Shown here piece by piece: positions 18,679 through 25,829 of a stretch of 32,000 nt of DNA. The notes beneath the pieces are model-generated. The model saw nothing but the letters and a program-made list of their open reading frames with translations, did no database searches and was not told where the DNA came from. This DNA is from Microcystis aeruginosa NIES-843 (GTDB lineage Bacteria > Cyanobacteriota > Cyanobacteriia > Cyanobacteriales > Microcystaceae). The stretch lies in assembly GCF_000010625.1 (NCBI RefSeq), contig NC_010296.1:540001-572000 (forward strand). Reading direction: 5' to 3'. Every line of letters starts with the position of its first letter. The stretch's first letter is position 1. Position numbers and translations under genes: made by a program.

Positions 18679-19335
18679 ATGGTGACAGTTCCTCTGGAGT
18701 TAAATACTAGCGAAATCCGGGCAGAAAGACGGGTTACTTTTTATCATCTCAGTTGGTTATCCTATCAGCAAATTTTACAGGCACTAGGGGAAAATAATCG
18801 CGCCCATTTATTTTATGATCGTGGCACTTTAGAGATTACTATGCCCCTAGAAGAACACGAGTTTTATCGAGAATTAATCGGATTATTTATTCGGATTTTG
18901 GTGGTAGAATTGGGTTTAAAAATTAAAAGTATGGGTTCCACAACTCTAGCTAGGGAAGATTTAGAACGAGGAGCAGAACCCGATAATGCCTACTATATTC
19001 AAAATCAAGCTAAAGTGCTAGGAAAAAGGATTAATTTAACTGAAGATCCGCCCCCAGATTTAGTGGTGGAAGTGGATATCACCCATACGGATATTAATAA
19101 ATTAGCACTTTATGCCCGTTTGGGAGTGCCGGAATTATGGCGTTTTAATGGACAAATCTGGCGCATTTATCGGTTAGAAAAGGGGGTTTATCAGGAAGGA
19201 GAATTTAGTCCGACTTTTCCCCTAGTTCCGAAAACTAAACTCTATGAATTTTTAGCCACTGCTAAAGAGGATGAAGTGAGGGCAGAAAAGAATTTAAGAG
19301 CATGGCTTGTTAGTCAACTAGCTAAAAATAATTGA
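18679..19335 (+). CDS. Uma2-family (DUF820) PD-(D/E)xK-fold putative endonuclease, tandem copy 1
   Basis: 218 aa with the typical Uma2 pattern: ...EITMP..EHE....., EPDNAYY, PPDLVVEVDITH, K...YARLGVPELW. Confidence 0.85.
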   Translation: MVTVPLELNTSEIRAERRVTFYHLSWLSYQQILQALGENNRAHLFYDRGTLEITMPLEEHEFYRELIGLFIRILVVELGLKIKSMGSTTLAREDLERGAEPDNAYYIQNQAKVLGKRINLTEDPPPDLVVEVDITHTDINKLALYARLGVPELWRFNGQIWRIYRLEKGVYQEGEFSPTFPLVPKTKLYEFLATAKEDEVRAEKNLRAWLVSQLAKNN

Positions 19336-19355
19336 CTAGGGCAGTTGAGGTAATT

Positions 19356-20012
19356 ATGGTGACAGTTCCTCTGGAGTTAAATACTAGCGAAATCCGGGCA
19401 GAAAGACGGGTTACTTTTTATCATCTCAATTGGTTATCCTATCAGCAAATTTTACAGGCACTAGGGGAAAATAATCGCGCCCATTTATTTTATGATCGTG
19501 GCACTTTAGAAATTACTATGCCCCTAGAAGAACACGAGTTTTATCGAGAATTAATCGGACGTTTTATCTATTTTTTGGTGTCCGAATTGGGTTTAAAAAT
19601 TAAAAGTATGGGTTCCACAACTCTAGCTAGGGAAGATTTAGAACGAGGAGCAGAACCCGATAATGCCTACTATATTCAAAATCAAGCTAAAGTGCTAGGA
19701 AAAAGGATTAATTTAACTGAAGATCCGCCCCCAGATTTAGTGGTGGAAGTGGATATCACCCATACGGATATTAATAAATTAGCACTTTATGCCCGTTTGG
19801 GAGTGCCGGAATTATGGCGTTTTAATGGACAAATCTGGCGCATTTATCGGTTAGAAAAGGGGGTTTATCAGGAAGGAGAATTTAGTCCGACTTTTCCCCT
19901 AGTTCCCAAAACTAAACTCTATGAATTTTTAGCCACTGCTAAAGAGGATGAAGTGAAGGCAGAAAAGAATTTAAGAGCATGGCTTGTTAGTCAACTAGCT
20001 AAAAATAATTAA
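19356..20012 (+). CDS. Uma2-family (DUF820) putative endonuclease, tandem copy 2
   Basis: The start is taken at ATG 19356, homologous to the copy-1 start; the track's TTG at 19332 is upstream repeat sequence. It is 218 aa and near-identical to copy 1 except for a clustered patch. Confidence 0.85.
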   Translation: MVTVPLELNTSEIRAERRVTFYHLNWLSYQQILQALGENNRAHLFYDRGTLEITMPLEEHEFYRELIGRFIYFLVSELGLKIKSMGSTTLAREDLERGAEPDNAYYIQNQAKVLGKRINLTEDPPPDLVVEVDITHTDINKLALYARLGVPELWRFNGQIWRIYRLEKGVYQEGEFSPTFPLVPKTKLYEFLATAKEDEVKAEKNLRAWLVSQLAKNN

Positions 20013-20035
20013 CTAGGGCAGTTTTTGAGGTAATT

Positions 20036-20068
20036 ATGGTGACATTTTATCTAGAGTTAAATACTAAC
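20036..20068 (+). pseudogene. truncated head of a third Uma2 repeat unit
   Basis: The inter-copy spacer (AACTAGGGCAGTT..GAGGTAATT) and ATGGTGACA....GAGTTAAATACTA recur 680 bp after copy 2. Similarity stops at about 20068. Confidence 0.6.
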
Positions 20069-20076
20069 GTTTCTTG

Positions 20077-20205
20077 TCAGGCTGATAATTTCTTTTCCCA
20101 ATTTAATATTGTTTTATTCGTGTATCCAAATGTTCGGACTGTTGCATTTAATCCCATGCCTTCCATCCTAGCTTTCAATACTTTGACAATTTTCGAGGGA
20201 TTTCG
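20077..20205 (-). pseudogene. isolated HTH-like fragment resembling the N-terminal DNA-binding module of IS-encoded proteins
   Basis: The minus-strand frame reads RNPSKIVKVLKARMEGMGLNATVRTFGYTNKTILNWEKKLSA*, bounded upstream by an in-frame TAG. The pattern xxGxGxxAxxRxxGxxxxTxxxW recalls IS1/InsA-type HTH modules. No transposase body follows it. Confidence 0.35.
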
Positions 20206-20544
20206 CTAGAATACAGAAAGCGGTAAAGCGCGTAAGGGATCACGGAAACCTCCCGCTCCTTTGTACCTCGGAACAAATATCGCCCTTGAAAATGTAATGG
20301 TGACGGGTCAAGCAGGATAGAAGCTTAACGGCTAAGGTCAATTCTGCCCACAAATAAAATTCAGATCCGTCCGCCGCCGGGCAGTCGGTAGACGTTAAAC
20401 TAAAACGCTTGTGGATTCGGTCTGACGGGGGCATAGTCTTCCGATTGTGTCTAGTTAAGAGGAGTAGAAGCAAGAATCTCCAGTCACAGCGTAGCTTGAC
20501 GGCGAGAGTGTCAATAACTGTTGACTGTTGAATGGGACATAACT

Positions 20545-21360
20545 GTGGATATTCGCTTAATCGTTGTCGATGTGGATGGAACGATCGCCGGTGATAACAA
20601 TCAGGTTAATCCAGCTGTGGTGCAAGCTGTCTCGGCCGTCCAAAAAAAGGGAATTCCCGTCGCTATTGGCACTGGTAGGATGTACCGCTCGGCTTTACGT
20701 TTTCATAAACGCCTTAAATCCACTTTACCTTTAATTGCTTACAATGGCGCTTGGATTCAAGATCCTGTTTCCCAAGTTCACCATCGACATACTCCCATTT
20801 CCCCCGACTTGGCGATCGATCTTTTAGATTATCTCGAACAACCCCAATGGAAAGAGAAAATCTCCCTTAATTTTTATATGGACGATGTGCTTTATGTGCG
20901 GCAATTAAACGCGGAAACGGAATTCTATCGGCAGCGATCGGGTATTATTGCCCAAGCAGTGGGAGATTTACGCAAAGTTGCCCACAAAACCACTAAAATC
21001 CTGGCCATGGGGGAAGATAAGCAATTTATCGCCGAGATTTGGCATCATTTACAGCAACGCTATCAAAATCAAGATTTATACTTTACCCAATCGAGTCCGA
21101 CTTTTTTTGAAGTTACCCACGTTGAGGCCACTAAGGGAAGCGCCACCCAATTTTTGGCCGAAGATATCCTAGGATTACAACCGCAAAACGTTATGGCGAT
21201 CGGTGATAATTTTAATGATGTTTCTATGCTCACCTATGCGGGTGTCGGTGTTGCCATGGGTAATGCTCCCCAAGCTGTTAAGGATCAAGCCGATTGGGTT
21301 GCCCCTAGTGTAGACTTAAATGGGGTTGCCGTGGCCTTGGAAAAGTTTGTTTTAATTTGA
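20545..21360 (+). CDS. Cof-type HAD-IIB family hydrolase
   Basis: DIRLIVVDVDGTI (motif I), a Cof-like cap region, and GDNFNDVSML (motif IV). The start is uncertain: GTG 20545 is preferred, but TTG 20521 from the track is also possible. Confidence 0.85.
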   Translation: MDIRLIVVDVDGTIAGDNNQVNPAVVQAVSAVQKKGIPVAIGTGRMYRSALRFHKRLKSTLPLIAYNGAWIQDPVSQVHHRHTPISPDLAIDLLDYLEQPQWKEKISLNFYMDDVLYVRQLNAETEFYRQRSGIIAQAVGDLRKVAHKTTKILAMGEDKQFIAEIWHHLQQRYQNQDLYFTQSSPTFFEVTHVEATKGSATQFLAEDILGLQPQNVMAIGDNFNDVSMLTYAGVGVAMGNAPQAVKDQADWVAPSVDLNGVAVALEKFVLI

Positions 21361-21491
21361 GGAATTGGGGAGATGGGGAGATGGGGAATTGGGGAGATGG
21401 GGAATTGGGGAGATGGGGAATTGGGGGAATTCAACTAAAACCCTACAACCCTAAGACCCTAAAACCCCAACACCCTAACACCCTAACACCC
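21361..21491. repeat. octamer arrays GGGGAATT/GGGGAGAT (x8-9) followed by ACCCTAAC-type octamers (x6)
   Basis: Starts at the first base after the Cof stop codon and ends 17 bp before the next ATG. Confidence 0.9.
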
Positions 21492-21508
21492 TTTTCATCG
21501 AGAAAATT

Positions 21509-22243
21509 ATGACTATTAATACGCAAACTGTTACGATTCCTAACAAAGATATTGACATAGATGCCTATTTAGCCATTCCCGATCGGGTGGGAATTTATCC
21601 GGCAATTATCGTGATTCAGGAAATATTCGGCGTAAACGACCATATTCGCGATGTCACCCGCAGAATTGCCCAAGAAGGCTATATAGCGATCGCTCCTGCC
21701 ATTTATCAGCGATTCGCTCCGGGTTTTGAAACGGGGTACAGTATAGAAGATATAGAAATCGGTCGTCAGTACAAAGAACAAACCAAAGCAGCCGAATTAA
21801 TCAGCGATATCCAAGCCACCATCGATTATCTTTATAGTTTGCCACAGGTGCAAAAAACCGGTGTCGGCACGATCGGTTTTTGTTTTGGTGGTCATGTGGT
21901 TTATCTTGTCTCCACTCTAGAGGATATCAAAGTTAGTGCCTCTTTTTACGGTGCGGGAATCACCACGGGAACCCCTGGGGGTGGCCAAGGGACAGTGAAG
22001 GTGACTCCCCAAATCAAGGGGACAATCTACGCATTTTTCGGGATGTTAGATGCGAGTATTCCTCAAAAGCAAGTGGATGAGATAGAAAACGCATTAATCC
22101 GTTATCAAATTCCTCATCGAGTTTTCCGCTATGAAAATGCCGACCATGGCTTTTTCTGCGACCAAAGGGCTAGTTATAATGCTAATGCGGCCAAATCTGC
22201 TTGGGATCATGTGCTAGAGTTATTTAGCCTTCTTAAATCTTAA
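21509..22243 (+). CDS. dienelactone hydrolase family protein
   Basis: 244 aa with PAIIVIQEIFGVNDHIRDV, a GFCFGG nucleophile elbow and a C-terminal ADHGF. Confidence 0.85.
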   Translation: MTINTQTVTIPNKDIDIDAYLAIPDRVGIYPAIIVIQEIFGVNDHIRDVTRRIAQEGYIAIAPAIYQRFAPGFETGYSIEDIEIGRQYKEQTKAAELISDIQATIDYLYSLPQVQKTGVGTIGFCFGGHVVYLVSTLEDIKVSASFYGAGITTGTPGGGQGTVKVTPQIKGTIYAFFGMLDASIPQKQVDEIENALIRYQIPHRVFRYENADHGFFCDQRASYNANAAKSAWDHVLELFSLLKS

Positions 22244-22315
22244 TGGTCTGACCCCTCAAGCTTCAGCTTACACTGGAAGCAGATCGAAATTATACTTGTA
22301 ACCATTCTATTTATC

Positions 22316-23197
22316 ATGACACCGAACCCTGCCTTTTCCATGGACGATTTTGCCAAAGCTCTTGATCAATACGATTATCAATTTGAAAAAGGGCAGATCG
22401 TGCGCGGGAGAGTCGATCAACACACCTCCGATGGAGCATTCATCGATATTGGCGGCAAATCCTCCGCTTTTATTTCTTTAAGGGAAATTTCCCTGGAAAA
22501 TGTTACTTCCATTGCCGAAGCTTTACCCATAGATGCAGAATTCGATTTTCTGATTACCCGTGGACAGGACGCGGAAGGACAAGTTACCCTGTCTCTGCGG
22601 CAATTATTACTACAAAAAGCTTGGGAAAATGTCAGGGAAATCTCCGAAAGTGGCAAGTCGGTGCAGCTGCGCGTCACGGGGGTGAATAAGGGGGGAGTGA
22701 CGGGGGAAGTGGAGGGATTAAAAGGATTTATCCCTCGCTCCCATTTAATCGAAAAAAATGATTTAGATTCCCTCATCGGACAACTTTTAACCGCAACTTT
22801 TATTCAAATCGATCAAGAAAATAATAAATTAGTTTTATCTCAGCGAGAAATTGCTCGCGCTAACGCTATCAGTCAATTAGCTGTGGGTAAATTATTAAGT
22901 GGCACCGTGGTTAAATTACAACCCTACGGTGTCTTTGTCGATTGCGGTGGAGTGACGGGATTACTCCATGCTAAACAGGTGACAGGAGCCTCTTTTAATT
23001 CTCCCATGACTTTCTTTAAAGTTGGTCAAGCAATTAAAGTGGTAGTCGCGGAAATTGACGAATATAAAAATCGCATTTCCCTATCCACAAAAATCCTCGA
23101 AGCGCACCCCGGCGAAATTCTCGAAAACTTTGCAGAAGTCATGGAAACAGCAGCAGAAAGATTAAAACAAGCTCAGGGAAAAAACCCAGAAAGTTAG
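22316..23197 (+). CDS. S1 RNA-binding domain protein (cyanobacterial ribosomal protein S1 homologue B type)
   Basis: 293 aa with three S1-like repeats (GQIVRGRV..., VQLRVTGVNKGGV..., KLLSGTVVKLQPYGVFVD). Confidence 0.85.
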   Translation: MTPNPAFSMDDFAKALDQYDYQFEKGQIVRGRVDQHTSDGAFIDIGGKSSAFISLREISLENVTSIAEALPIDAEFDFLITRGQDAEGQVTLSLRQLLLQKAWENVREISESGKSVQLRVTGVNKGGVTGEVEGLKGFIPRSHLIEKNDLDSLIGQLLTATFIQIDQENNKLVLSQREIARANAISQLAVGKLLSGTVVKLQPYGVFVDCGGVTGLLHAKQVTGASFNSPMTFFKVGQAIKVVVAEIDEYKNRISLSTKILEAHPGEILENFAEVMETAAERLKQAQGKNPES

Positions 23198-23202
23198 CGT
23201 AG

Positions 23203-23265
23203 GGTGGGTTAGGCGACAATAACTTAGATATTTTACCACCTATTTAGTATTCGCCGTAACCCACC
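23203..23265. repeat. imperfect long hairpin (GGTGGGTTAGGCGA ... TCGCCGTAACCCACC) after the S1 gene
   Basis: 14/15-nt arms with one indel and a 34-nt loop. The GGGTTA..TAACCC theme also appears at 2375-2400. Confidence 0.6.
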
Positions 23266-23284
23266 ATCAGTTATCAGGTGAATT

Positions 23285-23320
<36 letters not shown>

Positions 23321-23335
23321 TTTTACTTGACAAAG

Positions 23336-24178
23336 ATGTTTCAAGATCGGATAGCAATTTTAGGGACTATGCACGGAAAAGAGCGGGTAATTGCACCGAT
23401 TTTAGCGCAAGAAATAGGCCTTAAGGTGATTGTACCCGATAATTTTGATACCGATCGCTTTGGCACTTTTACCCGGGATATTAAGCGCATCGGGACACAA
23501 ATTGAAACCGCTCGCAGCAAGGCACAACAAGCGATCGAGCTTTCGGGATACGATATCGGAATTGCTAGTGAGGGTAGTTTTTATCCCTATCCCCACTTGC
23601 CGTTGATTTCCTGTAATCGTGAATTGATTTTATTGCTCGATCGAGTCCATAATCTAGAAATAATTGGTCAAGCAATAGTCACGGAAACTAATCACGCTCA
23701 ACAAACTGTAACTAATCTAGCAGCTGCTTTAGAATTTGCCGAAAAAATCGGGTTTCCTAGTCATGGTTTAGTGGTGATGTTTGATAAAAATTCTCTCGAC
23801 TCTGAGCATATTTTTAAGGGAATTACTGACCAGAAAAATTTAGTTAAAATTGTTGAAGATATTCTTGACAAAAACGGCAAAGTACACCTAGAAACCGATA
23901 TGCGCGCTATGCACAATCCCACGAGGATGAAAGCAATTGTTGCTGCGACAGCAAATCTTGTTCAGAAACTTAATCAATTATGCCCTAATTGTGGTTGTCC
24001 GGGGTTTGATATTATCGAAATAACATCGGGTTTACCCTGTGGTTTATGTCACTTTCCCACCTCTTTGATTAAACTGGAACTATACGGTTGTCAAAAGTGT
24101 GATTATCGAGAAGAAAAACTCTTTCCCAACGGTCAAAAAACTGCCGATCCAATGTATTGTGAATATTGTAATCCCTAA
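23336..24178 (+). CDS. conserved hypothetical protein with a C-terminal 4 x CxxC zinc-ribbon region (I recall this as DUF6671-like)
   Basis: The start is taken at ATG 23336 (MFQDRIAILGTMHGKE...). The C-terminus contains CPNCGC, CGLC, CQKC and CEYC. No catalytic family is recognisable. Confidence 0.65.
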   Translation: MFQDRIAILGTMHGKERVIAPILAQEIGLKVIVPDNFDTDRFGTFTRDIKRIGTQIETARSKAQQAIELSGYDIGIASEGSFYPYPHLPLISCNRELILLLDRVHNLEIIGQAIVTETNHAQQTVTNLAAALEFAEKIGFPSHGLVVMFDKNSLDSEHIFKGITDQKNLVKIVEDILDKNGKVHLETDMRAMHNPTRMKAIVAATANLVQKLNQLCPNCGCPGFDIIEITSGLPCGLCHFPTSLIKLELYGCQKCDYREEKLFPNGQKTADPMYCEYCNP

Positions 24179-24191
24179 AGATAGCTTTTCT

Positions 24192-24851
24192 ATGGAAAGA
24201 ATTTTAGAACCAGAAGTAATGGATGATCGGGAAGAAGCGATCGAATATGATGCCATGGACTTCACAGAAGTTAATACTAATTTCGCTAAAGAAGCCGTAC
24301 AATTGGCCGGTATTAATGCTAGGGTGTTAGATGTAGGAACCGGTACTGCACGCATTCCGATTATGATCAGTCAACTACGTCCCCAATGGCAAATTATCGC
24401 TATTGATCTGGCCGATTCTATGTTAGAAATTGGTCAAAAAAATATCCTTAATGCTAACTGTCAAGAACAGATAAAATTGGAGAAAGTTGATGGAAAAAAT
24501 CTTCCCTACCAATCCGAGCAATTTGATTTAGTTATTTCTAATAGTTTAATCCATCATCTCGAAAATCCTCTGCCTTTTTTACGGGAAATTAAGCGAGTTT
24601 TAAAACCGAATGGTGGCATTTTTTTAAGAGATTTATTCCGTCCCGATTCCGAGGAAATAATCCAGGGGATGGTGAGGGAAATCGATCCTAATTTTTCTCC
24701 CCGACAAGCGCAACTATTTAAAGATTCTCTCCATGCCGCTTTTACCCTAGCAGAAATCGCCGATTTAATCCAGCAGTCGGGATTAAAAAATGTTAAAATT
24801 TATCAGTCTTCTAATCGTCATTGGACAGCCATAAAAACAAGTAAAAACTAA
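24192..24851 (+). CDS. class I SAM-dependent methyltransferase
   Basis: The start is taken at ATG 24192 (MERILEPEVMDD...), 13 bp after the upstream stop; the track start at 24099 would overlap the previous gene. Motif I is VLDVGTGTA and the post-I motif is AIDLA. Confidence 0.85.
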   Translation: MERILEPEVMDDREEAIEYDAMDFTEVNTNFAKEAVQLAGINARVLDVGTGTARIPIMISQLRPQWQIIAIDLADSMLEIGQKNILNANCQEQIKLEKVDGKNLPYQSEQFDLVISNSLIHHLENPLPFLREIKRVLKPNGGIFLRDLFRPDSEEIIQGMVREIDPNFSPRQAQLFKDSLHAAFTLAEIADLIQQSGLKNVKIYQSSNRHWTAIKTSKN

Positions 24852-24877
24852 TCACTAAATCAGGGAAAAATTGAGTT

Positions 24878-25747
24878 ATGAAAGTTGGATTTTTGGGAAC
24901 AGGATTAATGGGAACGCCAATGGTAGAAAGATTATTAAATCAGAAAATTTCTGTTATTGCCTATAATCGCACCTTAGAAAAATTGACAGCTTTACAGCAG
25001 TTAGGAGCCAAAACAGTTAGCTCTCCTGAGCAAGTAATTCAGGAGGCAGATTGTCTGATTTTAATGTTAACTAATGCCGCCGCTATCCAAGAGGTTTTAG
25101 GATTAAATTCTGAGCAATCTAACTTCAATAATCGGACTATTATCCAGATGGGAACTATTGCTCCTTCTGAAAGTAAACAACTGCGAGATCAAATTGTGGC
25201 TAAAGGGGGAGAATATCTAGAAGCACCCGTGTTAGGAAGTATTCCTGAAGCTAAAAATGGGACTCTCTTAGTTATGGTGGGAGCAACGGAGAAACAGTTC
25301 CATCAATGGTCAAATTTATTAGCACATTTTGGTCAAGAACCGATGTTAATCGGGGAAGTGGGAACCGCCGCGGCGTTAAAATTAGCTTTAAATCAATTAA
25401 TTGCCGCTCTAACCAGTGCTTTTGCTTTGAGTTTAGCTTTTTTATCCCAGCAAGGAGTAGATCTAGAAAAGTTCATGACTATCCTGCGTCAAAGTGCCTT
25501 ATATGCGCCTACTTTTGACAAAAAATTAACCAGAATGTTAGAAGAAAATTATGCTAACCCTAATTTTCCTACTAAACATTTACTCAAAGATGTTAATCTC
25601 TTTTTAGAGGAATCGGAGAAGTTAGATTTAACCACTTTTCCCCTAACAGGAGTACAGCGCCTTCTTGAAAAAGCTTTAGAAATGGGATTCGCAGAGGAAG
25701 ATTATTCAGCTTTATACGAAGCGCTGAAAAAAGAATTAAGTAGGTAG
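24878..25747 (+). CDS. NAD(P)-dependent beta-hydroxyacid dehydrogenase family oxidoreductase (3-hydroxyisobutyrate / 6-phosphogluconate dehydrogenase-like)
   Basis: 289 aa with an N-terminal Rossmann motif (MKVGFLGTGLMGTPM) and the family-typical LKD region. The last four codons and the stop lie inside MITE copy B. Confidence 0.85.
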   Translation: MKVGFLGTGLMGTPMVERLLNQKISVIAYNRTLEKLTALQQLGAKTVSSPEQVIQEADCLILMLTNAAAIQEVLGLNSEQSNFNNRTIIQMGTIAPSESKQLRDQIVAKGGEYLEAPVLGSIPEAKNGTLLVMVGATEKQFHQWSNLLAHFGQEPMLIGEVGTAAALKLALNQLIAALTSAFALSLAFLSQQGVDLEKFMTILRQSALYAPTFDKKLTRMLEENYANPNFPTKHLLKDVNLFLEESEKLDLTTFPLTGVQRLLEKALEMGFAEEDYSALYEALKKELSR

Positions 25748-25782
25748 GCGTTAAAAATTATCAGACACCCCCCTTATCAAGC

Positions 25783-25810
25783 GTAGGGTTGATTCATGAA
25801 TCAACCCTAC
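25783..25810. repeat. 28-bp perfect palindrome made of two copies of the ISAs1-element left TIR
   Basis: GTAGGGTTGATTCA|TGAATCAACCCTAC. The first 14 nt are identical to the IS end at 25830-25843. It is flanked by the direct repeat CTTATCAAG (25773-25781 and 25811-25819). Confidence 0.85.
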
Positions 25811-25829
25811 CTTATCAAGGGGGGGCAGG

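Noticed and set aside
18883-19583. Diversity-generating retroelement explanation for the Uma2 variable patch
   Set aside because: The 11 substitutions are not adenine-specific (they include T>C, T>G, C>T and G>A), and there is no reverse transcriptase or template repeat nearby.
20240-20473. 77-aa minus-strand ORF
   Set aside because: It has no recognisable domain, an odd composition (MLLLLLTRHNRK...) and no RBS. It lies in a different frame from the HTH-like remnant. It is treated as non-coding and discussed as an unexplained region.
20209-20520. Possible RNase P RNA, tmRNA, SRP RNA, 6S RNA or cobalamin riboswitch
   Set aside because: I could not find the diagnostic cores on either strand: GGAAAGUCCGGGCU for RNase P, the tRNA-like 3' end GGUUCGAnUCC...CCA for tmRNA, GGAAGCAGCC for SRP, or the B12 box GCCACUG. 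A covariance-model search is still needed.
24080-24355. 91-aa minus ORF and the 24099 upstream start of the methyltransferase ORF
   Set aside because: The minus ORF is antisense to two supported genes. The 24099 start would overlap the preceding gene by 80 bp, whereas ATG 24192 gives the canonical methyltransferase N-terminus.
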